A DNA stretch of 64,000 nt, taken from NCBI GenBank assembly GCA_963846575.1, contig CAWJWJ010000002.1, positions 1,056,001-1,120,000 on the forward strand. The letters are read 5' to 3'. A program made the position numbers and the translations under genes. This DNA is from an uncultured Nitrospiraceae bacterium. GTDB lineage: Bacteria; Nitrospirota; Nitrospiria; Nitrospirales; Nitrospiraceae. A model generated the notes under the pieces. The model had not been told where the DNA came from, searched no databases, and saw nothing but the letters and a program-made list of their open reading frames with translations. The stretch's first letter is position 1; each line of letters begins with the position of its first letter. Shown one piece after another: positions 48,789 through 59,882 of the stretch.

Positions 48789-49565
48789 CTAGGGATGCGC
48801 GCCACGGGCGGCGCGAAGTCGTGCGAGTCGCTCTCGGTCGGCGGCGTCCGGCGCCCGGCCCGTTCCCAGCGCCAGATGATGGAGCCGTTCGACGCAGCGA
48901 ATGGCGGCGATCGTATCCTGTCGTTCCTCGTACAGATCGGCCAGTTCCCGCAGCACCGCCGCTTCTCCGGCGGGGTTGCCTAGCTTGATGAAATGCTCCG
49001 AGGCGTTGTTGAAGCACCGTTCGGCTTCCACCGGGCGCCCGCTCTCACGAAACGTTTTTCCCAATTGACCGTACGTACCGGCAAGGCCTTCTTCGTTGCC
49101 GACCACCCGATGCGAGTCCAACGCCTTGGTGAACCACCGTACGGCCTCTTCCCAATGGTGCTGCCGCCCTTCCTCCATCGCCAGGTTATGGTAGAGAATA
49201 CCGAGCGCGCGGTGATCATTGAGCGGCGTCAGAAGATCAAGGGCCTCAAGATAGTAGGGGCGGGCCTTGTCCGGCAGATCGGCGCCGATGTACAGATTGC
49301 CCAGATTGACCAGCGTATGGGCGATGGCGTGCGGGTCCTGCTCAATCCGTTGAATGGTCAGCACTTCCTTATAACAGGCGTCTGCCCGTTCCAAATCGCC
49401 TGCGAGGGCATAGGTATTGCCGAGGTTGCCCAGACTGTTGGAAAGCTCGCGGGGAGCGCCCGTGACGCGGTCGTCCTTCACGGCCGCTTCCCAGGCGGCC
49501 TGGGCCTGAACCAGATCTCCACGATGCAGAAAAATGCGCGCGCGATGTTTGTCGTTTTCAGCCAT
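48789..49565 (-). CDS. Tetratricopeptide repeat protein
   Basis: Repeated L.NLG..Y...G..A...Y..AL units. Confidence 0.85.
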   Translation of the reverse strand: MAENDKHRARIFLHRGDLVQAQAAWEAAVKDDRVTGAPRELSNSLGNLGNTYALAGDLERADACYKEVLTIQRIEQDPHAIAHTLVNLGNLYIGADLPDKARPYYLEALDLLTPLNDHRALGILYHNLAMEEGRQHHWEEAVRWFTKALDSHRVVGNEEGLAGTYGQLGKTFRESGRPVEAERCFNNASEHFIKLGNPAGEAAVLRELADLYEERQDTIAAIRCVERLHHLALGTGRAPDAADRERLARLRAARGAHP

Positions 49566-49715
49566 GGCCTGCGTGACTCGTTTCTGGTGAAGTACTGGTC
49601 CCCGGCATCGCCCGGAATTGACTCGTGCCCGATGGTCAACGGATGGTGGACGGAATCGTCCGGCGAGCCGTCAGCGGGTTTGTTCTGGATGCCGGACCGG
49701 TAATCGCCCGATTGA

Positions 49716-50138
49716 TCAGTCGCCCCCCTTGGGGGTGTCCTTCCTGAATTCCACGACGATATCATCTTCCTCGTCCAGTCCCAGGCCGGCGCGAAACGAT
49801 TCGAGCAGCTCCGCCACATACGCGAGGTGGCGTGAATCCTTTCCCTCCGGCGAGGCGAGATAGGCCTCGGCCAGTTTCATGCCGGTTTGGAAATGGCGGG
49901 CAATCGTCTCTTCGGTCACCTGCTGCCAGGTGATATAGATACAGAAGGCCTGGAAGGCGTGGGCCCGGGGATGCCGGGAACCCAGCGCGAGCAATTGCTC
50001 ATAGGCCTCGCGAGCCGTGGTTCCTGCATTGGTGGAGAAGGTGCCCTCCAGTTCAACGGCCAGATCCCAGTCGTTTCCGAGTTCGGTTTCCGATTCCTGG
50101 AGTGTATCTTGAGCGGCCAACGCGGCATCGAATTGCAT
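49716..50138 (-). CDS. Hypothetical protein
   Basis: 140-aa ORF heading a co-oriented cluster. Confidence 0.65.
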   Translation of the reverse strand: MQFDAALAAQDTLQESETELGNDWDLAVELEGTFSTNAGTTAREAYEQLLALGSRHPRAHAFQAFCIYITWQQVTEETIARHFQTGMKLAEAYLASPEGKDSRHLAYVAELLESFRAGLGLDEEDDIVVEFRKDTPKGGD

Positions 50139-50342
50139 GGGTGACTCTTTCGTGAAGCGAGAGGTGTGACTCTACCGTTGTCGTACCCGCCACATACGGA
50201 CACGTGTCGCCTCAGCATACGCGGGGAGAGAAAAGCAGGTCAATGAGGTCGCACCTTGAGTCGCGGGCACAGGGCTTGTAGATTGAAGAGCAGTCGAGGT
50301 GAGAATTCCCGACCATTGTCTCAACAACTCTGTGAGGGCACT

Positions 50343-50918
50343 ATGGCAGTCGAGTCGGTCATGCTGGCGCTCGGAACGAACGCGCCTTCGTTTGCGCTTC
50401 CCGATGTGGTGAGCGGCGAGGTCGTCAGTCTTGAATCATTTGCCGACAAGTCCGCCCTGCTGGTGATGTTTCTCTGCCGGCATTGTCCCTACGTGGTGCA
50501 TGTTCAGGAAGAGATTGCCAGGCTGGGACAGGACTATGCAGAAAGCGCGGTAGGGCTTGTCGGGATCAGCAGCAATGATCCTGGGCATTATCCGGATGAC
50601 GCGCCGGAACGGCTCAAGGAGATGGCCCAACGTCTCGCGTTTCGGTTTCCCTTCTGCTTTGACGCCACCCAGGAAGTGGCGAAGGCCTACAGGGCTGTCT
50701 GCACGCCGGACTTCTACCTGTTCGACCGGCAACACCGGCTGGTCTACCGGGGGCAGTTGGACGATAGCCGTCCGTCAACCGCCGTTCCGGTCACCGGCCG
50801 GGACGTTCGCGACGCCATCGAGGCCGTGCTCGGCGGCCGGCCTGTCGCCGGTAAGCAACGGGCCAGTATCGGGTGCAGTATCAAGTGGAAGCCGGGAAAC
50901 GCGCCACCCTATGCGTGA
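50343..50918 (+). CDS. Thioredoxin/AhpC-TSA (peroxiredoxin-like) family protein
   Basis: CRHCPYV, ISSND, CTPDFY, YRGQLDD and SIGCSIKW motifs. Confidence 0.92.
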   Translation: MAVESVMLALGTNAPSFALPDVVSGEVVSLESFADKSALLVMFLCRHCPYVVHVQEEIARLGQDYAESAVGLVGISSNDPGHYPDDAPERLKEMAQRLAFRFPFCFDATQEVAKAYRAVCTPDFYLFDRQHRLVYRGQLDDSRPSTAVPVTGRDVRDAIEAVLGGRPVAGKQRASIGCSIKWKPGNAPPYA

Positions 50919-51163
50919 GCACCGGAGGCTCAGCAGGTTCATATGTGACCAGAGCCGCTGAAGGGGCGGGCGGGATGAAGAGCGACAGGCTCCGGCATCC
51001 TGGTCTCTGTCGGATGTCGCGCGGACTCGTCTGCCGCTGAGCCGGACTGTCAGGAAGCCGTTTATGTTGCTGCAGCATCTGGACTGTGGCGCCCGTCCGG
51101 CGCTTCAGAAAACCTCCCTGACGACCGATAAAGAGAGCCCAAGCCTCGGAGGGATTGTTGACC

Positions 51164-52021
51164 ATGGCAACGGCGAAAGAACTCGTTCAATCCTGCGCAA
51201 ATATCTTTACCCTCCCCGAAATATACCTTCGGGTTCGTGATGTCGTGGAGGATCCGCAGTCCACCATGGAGGATCTGGCGAAGGCCTTGAAAATCGATCC
51301 GGCCATTTCCGCCCGCGTCCTGAAAATCGTCAACAGTCCCCTCTACGGATTTCCCAAGCAGGTTGATACCGTGACGCGGGCCGTGAATCTCCTCGGCATG
51401 CAGGCCGTTCGAGATCTGGTGACTGCCTCCGCACTCGGCCCCTGTGTCAGCAAGATTCCCACGGAGTTCATGGATCTCTCCGCCTACTGGCGCAAGAGCG
51501 TCCTCTGTGCATTGATGGCCGCGAAAATTGCTAAGGCCTGCGGTATCAGAGACAGCGAGCGGTTTTTTATCGAGGGGTTGTTGCGGGATATCGGGCATCT
51601 CGTCCTGTACCAGACCACTCCCGAGCGAGCCCGGGAGGCGTTCATCGAGGCGGGCAATCGCGGGCTGTTGCTGTCAGACGTCGAGCGGGCCCATATCGGA
51701 TGCGATTATACCGAAGTCGGAGCCGAACTCATTCATTCCTGGGGGATGCCGGCCCCCATCGAGCAAGCCATACGTCACCAGTTGAGGCCTCACGACGCGG
51801 GACAACATATCCTGAATGCGTCGATCGTGCATTTGGCCGGCGTGGTAGCGGACCAGAGTGGGTTGCCTGTGTCCACTGCCGTCCGTGAGCAGCCCTTCGA
51901 TCCCTATGCGATGCATCTGACCGGCTTCAACGTTGAAGAGCGGCCCTACCTGCTCAAAGAGGCCGAGGAGCAATTGCAGGAGACCCTCTCCCTCTTCGCA
52001 CCCCAGTCGATCGCAGCCTAG
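51164..52021 (+). CDS. HDOD domain protein
   Basis: TLPEI, DPAISARVLKIVNSPLYG and AVNLLG motifs; GLLRDIG and CDYTEVG (usual His positions substituted). Confidence 0.9.
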   Translation: MATAKELVQSCANIFTLPEIYLRVRDVVEDPQSTMEDLAKALKIDPAISARVLKIVNSPLYGFPKQVDTVTRAVNLLGMQAVRDLVTASALGPCVSKIPTEFMDLSAYWRKSVLCALMAAKIAKACGIRDSERFFIEGLLRDIGHLVLYQTTPERAREAFIEAGNRGLLLSDVERAHIGCDYTEVGAELIHSWGMPAPIEQAIRHQLRPHDAGQHILNASIVHLAGVVADQSGLPVSTAVREQPFDPYAMHLTGFNVEERPYLLKEAEEQLQETLSLFAPQSIAA

Positions 52022-52109
52022 CCCGGCGAAAGAGCCGTTTCGCCTGTGGCAGGGAGAGGATCGAGTTCTGCCGGGCTTGCCACCACCAGTCCTTCCGTGG
52101 TCACCAACG

Positions 52110-54248
52110 TCAGGCAGGTTTCTCGTGGAGGCGCAGCAGGGCGAGCGAGCGCGCATCGAGGTCGTATTGCAGCCCGCCTTTCATGAGGCTCACGGTCTTT
52201 TCATGGCCGTGCGTCACGGCAGTGTCCAGCACCGGTTGCCAACGCACGCCCCGCTTGTGGGCCGGTAGGGTGAAGGCCCGCGGTTCGTGATGCGCATTGA
52301 GAAGGATCAGGAAGGTCTCGTCCAGGATGTGGCGTCCCTTCGAATCCTTCTCTTCGATCGCATGGCCGGCTAAGCGCACTCCCAGACAGCGCACATATCC
52401 CTGAGCCCAGTCTTCATCCGTCATCTCTTTTCCATCCGGGCGAAGCCAGGAAATATCCTTCACGTCCGCACCGCGGATGTGGCGGCCTTGAAAGAAGCGG
52501 CGCCGGCGGAAGACGGGATGGTGCTGCCGCAATTGGATCAGGCTCTTGGTGAAGGTCATGAGGGCCTGCTGGTGTTTGGTCAGATTCCAATCGATCCAGC
52601 TGATCTCATTGTCCTGGCAATAGGCGTTGTTGTTGCCATGCTGCGTTCGCCCGATTTCATCGCCGCCGCAGAGCATGGGCACGCCTTGTGACAGGAGCAG
52701 GGTGGCCAGCATGTTGCGCTGCTGCCTTTCCCGAAGCGTCACGACCGAGGGTTTTGTCGACGGGCCCTCCACCCCGCAATTCCAACTGAGGTTGTCATCC
52801 GTCCCGTCGGAATTGTGTTCCCCGTTGGCCTCGTTGTGCTTTTCGTTGTACGCCACCAGATCATGCAGGGTGAAGCCGTCGTGTGCCGTCACAAAATTGA
52901 TGCTCGCATGGGGACGGCGGCCCCCGCCCTCGTAGAGATCATTGCTCCCGGAGAGTCGATAGGCCAGTTCGGCGACCTGACTGCCGTCGCCTTTCCAGTA
53001 GCGCCGGAGCGCGTCGCGGTACCGGCCGTTCCACTCCGCCCATCCGGCGGGGAAGTTGCCGACCTGATAACCTCCTTCTCCCAGATCCCATGGTTCTGCG
53101 ATCAGCTTGACCTGCGACAGCACCGGATCCTGATGGATGATGTCGAAAAACGCGCTGAGCCGGTCCACGTCATGGAGTTCTCTCGCCAGGGTGGAAGCCA
53201 GATCGAACCGGAAGCCGTCCACGTGCATCTCGAGGACCCAGTACCGCAGGCTATCCATGATGAGCTGCAGTACGCGGGGATGGCGCACGTTCAACGTATT
53301 GCCGCAACCGGTATAGTCGAGATAGTAGCGGGGTTGGTCCGCCACGAGCCGGTAGTAGGACGCATTGTCGATGCCGCGGAACGACAGGGTGGGACCCAGA
53401 TGACTGCCCTCTCCCGTATGGTTGTAGACCACGTCGAGAATGACTTCGATGCCCGCGCTGTGAAACGCCTTCACCATCGTTTTGAACTCCCACACCTGGT
53501 GGGCTCGATCGGAGGTGGTCGCATACTGGCTGTCCGGCGCAAAGAATCCGATGGAGTTATAGCCCCAGTAGTTGGTCAGGCCGCGGTCGATCAAATGTTT
53601 GTCCCGGATGAAGTGATGGACCGGCAACAGTTCGACGGCCGTGACGCCCAGGTTCTGCAAGTGCTCGATCACGGCCGGCGTCGCGAGGCCGGCATAGGTG
53701 CCACGCAGGTTCTCGGGAATGTCCGGATGCCTGGCCGTAAATCCGCGCACGTGCAATTCATAGATCACCGTGCGATCCCAGCGAGTTCGCAGCAATTGGT
53801 CGCCGCCCCAGGTGAAGGCCTGGTCGATGACGACGCATTTGGGCATGTGCCTGGCACTGTCGTCCCGGTTGAGGGACAGGTCAGCCTCGGCGTCGCCGAT
53901 CGTATATCCGTATAACGCCTCGGACCAGTCGATTGAGCCTGCGATGGCCTTCGCATAAGGATCCAGCAGAAGCTTCGCGGGATTGAACCGGTGCCCCGCC
54001 TCCGGATCGAAGGGCCCATGGACGCGGTAGCCATAATGCTGCCCCGGCCGAACCTCCGGCAGGTAGATGTGCCAGACGTAATCGGTGCATTCCTCGATCC
54101 TGATCCGGTGTGATTCCTTCGCGGCCTCGGGGCCGTCGAACAAACAGAGATCCACCGCCGTGGCATTTTCTGAAAACAAGGCGAAGTTCACTCCTTCACC
54201 GTCCCAGGTCGTGCCGAGGGGGTACGGGCGTCCAGGCCAGATTCTCAT
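52110..54248 (-). CDS. glgX: Glycogen debranching enzyme
   Basis: [33 protein letters not shown] and AHDGFTL motifs. Confidence 0.97.
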   Translation of the reverse strand: MRIWPGRPYPLGTTWDGEGVNFALFSENATAVDLCLFDGPEAAKESHRIRIEECTDYVWHIYLPEVRPGQHYGYRVHGPFDPEAGHRFNPAKLLLDPYAKAIAGSIDWSEALYGYTIGDAEADLSLNRDDSARHMPKCVVIDQAFTWGGDQLLRTRWDRTVIYELHVRGFTARHPDIPENLRGTYAGLATPAVIEHLQNLGVTAVELLPVHHFIRDKHLIDRGLTNYWGYNSIGFFAPDSQYATTSDRAHQVWEFKTMVKAFHSAGIEVILDVVYNHTGEGSHLGPTLSFRGIDNASYYRLVADQPRYYLDYTGCGNTLNVRHPRVLQLIMDSLRYWVLEMHVDGFRFDLASTLARELHDVDRLSAFFDIIHQDPVLSQVKLIAEPWDLGEGGYQVGNFPAGWAEWNGRYRDALRRYWKGDGSQVAELAYRLSGSNDLYEGGGRRPHASINFVTAHDGFTLHDLVAYNEKHNEANGEHNSDGTDDNLSWNCGVEGPSTKPSVVTLRERQQRNMLATLLLSQGVPMLCGGDEIGRTQHGNNNAYCQDNEISWIDWNLTKHQQALMTFTKSLIQLRQHHPVFRRRRFFQGRHIRGADVKDISWLRPDGKEMTDEDWAQGYVRCLGVRLAGHAIEEKDSKGRHILDETFLILLNAHHEPRAFTLPAHKRGVRWQPVLDTAVTHGHEKTVSLMKGGLQYDLDARSLALLRLHEKPA

Positions 54249-54471
54249 GCGTGAGCCATGCTCCTTGGTTGAAATCGTTCAGCAGAGCGGTTTCGCGGCG
54301 CGTCGGATGATGGGGCTATCATACAATGGGAGAAACGGGTGGGGTCAATCATGCCGGGGTGTTGACGTCCCGGGCAGGGAGAGAAGGCGGCAGGATTCGT
54401 TTGCGCCTCCCGTGCAAAGTGGGTATAAGGCCTTCGTAGGACGTTTTCAACCAGGATCGTTTTCGCGGAAC

Positions 54472-55059
54472 ATGTCTATGTCATCGTTCCCTGTGCTCAT
54501 CATTGACGACGATGCCATTTTCCTCGGCACGCTGGCCTCGACCTTGCGCCTCAGGCTGCCCGAGGTGCCGATCGAGACGGCGGTATCGGCCGTGGCGTCG
54601 CTCGAGCGGATCAGGGCTCAGGAATATGGCGTCATACTCTGCGACGGACAGCAGGCGGCGATGGAAGGCATCGGGTTCGTGCGGACCATGCGCAAGCTGC
54701 ACCCCCAGACACCGGTGGTGCTCCTGATTGAAAAAAACGATCAGGACTTCATCCGGCAGGCGACCGAGGCAGGGGCCTACGACGTGCTGGTGAAGCCTGT
54801 CGGGGAAAGCACGCTACTCTGTGCCGTCCAGCGTGCCCTCGAAGCGCACCGCCTACGCGGCCAGGTCGCACGCGAGGAAAAACAGCTCATCACGACCCTG
54901 GACAAGATGCTCCGCGATCTCGAGCACCTGTACGGGGCCGACGGGTTGTCTGCGCACTTCGCGGCGTTCATGGATCAGGTGCTGGCAGAGCGGCAGGCGT
55001 CCCGGAAGAACAATGGCTCGTCCAACCATGGATCGAATGGGGGGAACGGGCAGGCGTGA
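54472..55059 (+). CDS. Response regulator (receiver plus short helical tail)
   Basis: VLIIDDD, ILCDG and GAYDVLVKP motifs. Confidence 0.85.
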   Translation: MSMSSFPVLIIDDDAIFLGTLASTLRLRLPEVPIETAVSAVASLERIRAQEYGVILCDGQQAAMEGIGFVRTMRKLHPQTPVVLLIEKNDQDFIRQATEAGAYDVLVKPVGESTLLCAVQRALEAHRLRGQVAREEKQLITTLDKMLRDLEHLYGADGLSAHFAAFMDQVLAERQASRKNNGSSNHGSNGGNGQA

Positions 55060-55267
55060 TGGGCTTCCCATCGACTCTTGAAATTGCCGCGTCCGCACCA
55101 ACGTCTGTGCGCACGTGACACCAGTGGGAACGGCCTTCGGTTCCGGTTGAACCTCTCTTCGGATTCCACTGCCGGCATCGCTATGACACCTTTTAACGCA
55201 AGTCCGGCAGAAATTGGGACATCGCGATGGCTGCGGTGCGAGGCCAGCCATTCCGGTCTCTTGGCTT

Positions 55268-55567
55268 TCAGGACCCGGCCGGCTCTTCGCGCTCAGCCTG
55301 TTCGACCGACAGCAACCATTGGGCCTGCGTGATTGCATCCACCAGCGCGGTCCTGGCCTTGTCCGTTTTCCTGGCGCGTGGGACGACGGTGATAAACACT
55401 TCCGCCGCCTCCAGCAAAGCCAAGAGGGTGGTTTCGGCCTCGGTTCGTGCCTGGGCGCGCCTGGAGACGGCCTGCGGGGACGGCTTCCTTCGACTCCTTG
55501 GTCCAACGTAGGGCTGCGGAGCCACCGGATTATCCTTTTCCAACTCGGGTCGTCTTGATCTGACCAT
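55268..55567 (-). CDS. Hypothetical protein (99 aa)
   Basis: GGAGA RBS before ATG 55567; amphipathic helical C-terminal half. Confidence 0.5.
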   Translation of the reverse strand: MVRSRRPELEKDNPVAPQPYVGPRSRRKPSPQAVSRRAQARTEAETTLLALLEAAEVFITVVPRARKTDKARTALVDAITQAQWLLSVEQAEREEPAGS

Positions 55568-55852
55568 ACATTCTCCAAGCCATGAGACAGTTATCTGCGA
55601 GCCACACTGTACTCGATCCACCCTCGTTTTTGCATCGTGCCGCCGGACGCTCAGGCAGCGGCTTCTCGGGAGGCCCGACAGGGTTCTGGGAGCAAGGGAG
55701 CTCCCAGGGTTGTGGCCCAGGCAATCCAGGGATTCATCTAGTCCTCGACCGGAGCCAGTCCTGATAGAACAAAACCAGAAGAAGCCAAGGCCGGCACCCG
55801 GCGGTCTTACCGTTAACAGCCGTTCCACATTCCTCACAAGGAGGTGGTCACC

Positions 55853-56035
55853 ATGCAGAAGCAAATCCAGCACCCGATTCGTCGCACGGAGCCTCAACGG
55901 AATCCGGCCGGCAGCCAGGAAGTATGGCCCTTGTCCGCGCGGGAGTTCATGAAGCTCCCCGTCACGGGATTGCTGACGAAGCGTGATCGCCTGACCTTTA
56001 CGCGTCTCTCGGCTCCCCCTGATCAGGCCGCATAG
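55853..56035 (+). CDS. Small hypothetical protein (60 aa)
   Basis: Strong AGGAGGTG RBS upstream of ATG 55853. Confidence 0.55.
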   Translation: MQKQIQHPIRRTEPQRNPAGSQEVWPLSAREFMKLPVTGLLTKRDRLTFTRLSAPPDQAA

Positions 56036-56176
56036 GCCAGAAGAGCGCCAGTCTCAGTCGGAGGCTCGTTGATCACCAGGCGCATGACTCACGGTAGGCC
56101 TATGCAGACCTATGGCGTCGGGCTGATTCATGACCTTGAACTTATACAATGACCCATTGCCCCATCGGAGGAGACG

Positions 56177-56644
56177 ATGACGCCAGCCACCACGACTCGC
56201 GTCCAGCGACATACTGACGACGAGATCAACGCATGTATCCGGCGAGAGACCGAGCGTAACATTCTCCATGTGGCGCAACAAGGAGACGAGGACATCAGGC
56301 GGCGTCTCGTGGAATTAGATCATGAGTGGGACATCGAACGGACGCTCGAAGCCAATGCGGCTTCGCTTGCCCTGGTGGGACTCGGGCTCGGCGCGTTCCT
56401 CGATCGTCGTTTTTTTCTGCTCCCCGCGGTCGTCGCCGGGTTCCTCCTGCAACATGCCGTACAGGGATGGTGCCCTCCGGTGCCGGTCTTTCGACGCATG
56501 GGAGTCAGGACCGCCAGTGAGATAGAGGTCGAACGCTATGCCCTGAAAGCGCTCCGCGGGGATTTCGATGAGTTGCCTTCGGAACGAAGTCAGGAGCTTG
56601 GTGACGGGAAGGTCAGACATATTGTGGCGGCGGTTACGCGATGA
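56177..56644 (+). CDS. DUF2892/YgaP-like membrane protein
   Basis: LDHEWDIERTLE, hydrophobic hairpin, LQHAVQGWCPP and RTASEI motifs. Confidence 0.75.
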   Translation: MTPATTTRVQRHTDDEINACIRRETERNILHVAQQGDEDIRRRLVELDHEWDIERTLEANAASLALVGLGLGAFLDRRFFLLPAVVAGFLLQHAVQGWCPPVPVFRRMGVRTASEIEVERYALKALRGDFDELPSERSQELGDGKVRHIVAAVTR

Positions 56645-56671
56645 CCTTCGGCCTCTCGCATCGACTGCAGA

Positions 56672-57928
56672 TTGCTGAAAGTGGAGCCCGGCGCAGGGAA
56701 GCGGGGACACGTGGACCAGGAGCATAAGGGCCGGCGGCTCCCGCCCCCCAGCCGGCGAACCTTTTTGCTGGGCGCGGCGGGAGCTGTGCCTCTTTTGTAC
56801 CATGGGCTCGGGAAGACCTTGTTCGCGGCCGCTTCGGAGCCGGGCGAAAGGCCAACCCAGGAGGCCTCCCCGTCCGGCATGATCAGCAGACAGCGAAACC
56901 CGGACAATCTAGAATTTCCCTTCTCCACGCTGAACAGCTTCTTCACGCCCAACGAGCAGTTTTATGTGCGCACGCACTTCGAAGTGCCTCAGCTCAGCAC
57001 CCAAGACTGGACGCTCAGTATCGAAGGCGCGGTATCCACTCCGCTGCAGATCAGCTACGACGAACTTCGAGCGATGCCGTCCGTCACGATGCCGGCGTTG
57101 CTGGAATGTTCCGGCAACAGTCGGGTGTTCCTGAAACCTCCCCAGACCAGCATCCGGTGGGAGTTGGGCGGGGTGAGCAACGCCGAATGGACCGGTGTGC
57201 GGCTGTCCGATCTCTTGGCGCGTGCCGGCGTGAACAACCAGGCGGTGGAAGTCATCATGGAGGGAGCCGATTCCGGAGAGTTCCAGGATCCGAATCCGCC
57301 CACCCCCGGCGTCATTCCTTATGCCCGCAGCCTGTCACTTGAGAAAGCCCTACGGCCCGAGGTGATCCTGGCCTACCGCATGAACGGCAAGGACCTCCCG
57401 CCGTCGCACGGATTTCCTGTGCGCGCGGTCGTCGCGGGGTGGTACGGCATGGCCTCGGTCAAATGGCTGAGGCGCATCATCCTGACGGATCGACCGTTCG
57501 ACGGGTACTTTCAGACGTTTGTCTATTCGGTATGGGAGCGCCGGCACGGGCTTCCGACGCTAGTTCCCGTCTCCGAGATGCAGGTCAAGGCGGAAATTGC
57601 CCGCCCCATGCTTCATGAAGTGATTCCCGCCGGCTCACACTATCGAGTCGTGGGCGCGGCCTGGTCCGGTGAGACCGATGTGAACAGGGTCGAACTCAGC
57701 ACCGACGGAGGGAGGGCATGGCAGCCAGCACGGTTGCTCGATCGCCCTGTGCCGTTCGCCTGGCGTTTGTGGGAATATGACTGGGACACTCCGTCACAAG
57801 CCGGTCACCACACCCTGATGGCGCGGGCCACCGATTCCCGAGGACGCACCCAGCCGATGACAAGGGACCACGACCGGCGGGACGCCCTGGTGACGCACGT
57901 GCTGCCGGTTGCGGTAGAGGTTCGTTGA
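56672..57928 (+). CDS. Sulfite oxidase family molybdoenzyme, Tat-exported; start uncertain
   Basis: SRRTFL Tat motif; FYVRTH, LECSGNSR (Mo-ligand Cys), HGFPVR, GMASVKWL; C-terminal dimerisation domain. Confidence 0.9.
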   Translation: MLKVEPGAGKRGHVDQEHKGRRLPPPSRRTFLLGAAGAVPLLYHGLGKTLFAAASEPGERPTQEASPSGMISRQRNPDNLEFPFSTLNSFFTPNEQFYVRTHFEVPQLSTQDWTLSIEGAVSTPLQISYDELRAMPSVTMPALLECSGNSRVFLKPPQTSIRWELGGVSNAEWTGVRLSDLLARAGVNNQAVEVIMEGADSGEFQDPNPPTPGVIPYARSLSLEKALRPEVILAYRMNGKDLPPSHGFPVRAVVAGWYGMASVKWLRRIILTDRPFDGYFQTFVYSVWERRHGLPTLVPVSEMQVKAEIARPMLHEVIPAGSHYRVVGAAWSGETDVNRVELSTDGGRAWQPARLLDRPVPFAWRLWEYDWDTPSQAGHHTLMARATDSRGRTQPMTRDHDRRDALVTHVLPVAVEVR

Positions 57929-57964
57929 GCGCCCTCCTGTACTCCGCCATCCCGAAGTAGCTCC

Positions 57965-58204
57965 TTACTTCATACCCTGGCACCTCATCTTGGCTTGTGA
58001 ATAGGCGGCTTGCTGCTCTTTCTCGGTTCCGCCGTTCGCCTTCACTTTGTCCGCTGCTGCCGTGGCCATTCGTTGACAGTCCGCGCCGGTGGGCGCTTTC
58101 GTCGGAGGCGGAGTGTTTTGTGCGGCATAGCCCGGTGCGAAGGCACCGGCCGTCATCATGGCAGCGCTGAGGAGTCCGGCCAAAGTCAGCTTCGTGATGG
58201 GCAT
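57965..58204 (-). CDS. Small secreted two-Cys protein (79 aa)
   Basis: GGAGG RBS; signal peptide MPITKLTLAGLLSAAMMTAGAFA; C...C in the mature part. Confidence 0.7.
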   Translation of the reverse strand: MPITKLTLAGLLSAAMMTAGAFAPGYAAQNTPPPTKAPTGADCQRMATAAADKVKANGGTEKEQQAAYSQAKMRCQGMK

Positions 58205-58491
58205 ATGGTCCTCCGGGTTATAGGTAAGGGATCTGTGGAACATCGGAACCGGCACATGCACGTAGGTCGCCGGCACATGAGGAGAGGATCAGGCGTACAC
58301 CCGGTGAGCAGGGCGCGGTCGAGCCTGGAGCGCGGGCAACAGGAAGGGACGCGGCACTCGCGGCGATAGAGAACCGGCGGATGCCGGAACAGCCGATCAA
58401 TTGATGCGCTCTCGAATCGGATCGTTGATGGGAAGGCTGACGGTGGATCGGGCGTAAGGGGGCAGACAGAGTCGCGAGCGGTCCGCTGAGT

Positions 58492-58605
58492 AGCGGGTGG
58501 AAAACAGCGCAACGCATGCCTCCGACCGGTTTAACGCGAAGCTGGAAGGAAACTGTAGCCGGTAAAGCGGGGAGATTCTGGCAAGGTGAGCCAATCTTGT
58601 CAAGG
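58492..58605 (-). promoter_or_regulatory. sigma70 promoter plus conserved leader, copy 1
   Basis: TTGACA (58603-58598), 17 nt, TGn-CAGAAT (58580-58575); downstream block matches 60601-60637. Confidence 0.65.
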
Positions 58606-59078
58606 AAACCAACCTGCCATGACGCTGACCACGCTCCTGATACTGCCGCTTAGGCGAGGGTGCTCCACTGGTCGCACCCTCAGTTCCGACCGGTGGATTC
58701 TGAACGGGTTCGTGCGTCACCGGTGGATAAAGGCCGGTACGATGGCCGCGATAACGCCGGACACTTAGCCGGCTGCGATTCGTCTTGCTTCATGACGGCA
58801 GCGGCGAGATCGGGCTGCTGCTGCTCACGCCGGGCGCGGCACGTATGTCCAGAGTCAGATGGCCGTCCGGTCAGAAGTGCTCAGGGAGGATGGTGGCCCG
58901 GTCGTCTTCAGGGTCGCGGAACGGTAGAGGTCGAACCGCGCTGCTCTCAGGAACCAATGTGGAATTTGACTCGGCCACTGCCTCCGGACAGAGCCGGCGT
59001 GAGGGCGGGAGCGTGAGGGCGGGTGGGACTTCAGGTCATCGCCTGCTCATCTCGGCCCAGGCATGTCGGGGTTACGGA

Positions 59079-59103
59079 TGTTCGATTGCAAGACCTGACC
59101 CCA
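59079..59103 (+). repeat. 25-nt dispersed repeat, copy 1 (TGTTCGATTGCAAGACCTGACCCCA)
   Basis: 24/25 identical to 60749-60773; followed by partial TGACCC reiterations. Confidence 0.8.
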
Positions 59104-59165
59104 CTCTCCTTGACCCTCGATCCCTCTCCTTGACCCCCATCTCCCTCGCAATCTTCTCGAATGCT

Positions 59166-59790
59166 TTAGGATCGTGGCACCACGATGAAGCCCTCGCCGG
59201 CCTCACCGTAGGTCCTGACTTTTCCCGCCAGCAGCGGTTGGGCGGCGGGCGCAGAGGGCGGCGTCCACCAGGTCGATGGTTCTGAGCGAGTCCAAAGAAT
59301 ACCCGGCCTCGCGAAGAAGGGCAGGCCGGTCGATACGTTTCTGCGCGGCGGAAAGGGTGCTCTTGGCCAGGACGCAGGCCACGGCGTGGGGAAACGTCTC
59401 AAAACAGACTGGCCCTGCCGGTGGGGCGTGACCGGCGAAGAGCTGATAGTCCGGCGAGGGCAGCCGGAATAATGCGGCCCCGTTGAGCATCCAACTAGAG
59501 AAGGGATGACGTTGTCCAACCGTCAGGCTCGGCGTGGCAAAGGTGGTGATGCCGGCGGCGGCCAACGCGCACTCGCAGGGTCTTGCCCGACCGGTCCGGC
59601 TCCAGCAACAGGGGGCGTCGATGCCGACCGCCGCCGCAGCGACGTGTCTGCACCAGGCGGCGGCTTTCCCCGGATCGAGCGTGGCGCAGGTGGCGACGAT
59701 GCGTCTTTCCTGGAGCGCGACGGCGTGAAAACCCTTCTTCGGTCCGCCGACGTCGATGCCGGCCACGACAGGGAGGAAAGAGTTGTCCAT
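59166..59790 (-). pseudogene. DUF429-family RNase H-fold putative nuclease with a C-terminal frameshift
   Basis: AGIDVG, VGIDAP, RPCE, FETFPHA and DLVDAALCA motifs; the expected tail AAQ.LLAG..RTYG..GEGFIVVP is in another frame. Confidence 0.65.
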
Positions 59791-59882
59791 GGCCGGCTAT
59801 TCTAAAGTGATGCGGAGCACCTTCCAAGGCCGGACGCCTCACCGACAGTCTCGGATCGCCATACAACCCTCTGCCGGGCACA

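Noticed and set aside
52815..53915. 366-aa plus-strand ORF and many similar ORFs antisense to dnaJ, dnaK, valS and the NRPS
   Set aside because: Shadow ORFs opposite well-supported genes
54085..54471. Long N-terminal extension of the response regulator (and similar extensions of the IPT, MCP, PPTase, tadA and thioredoxin ORFs)
   Set aside because: Extensions overlap other genes or lack homology-like character; downstream ATGs fit domain starts and, in most cases, RBSs better
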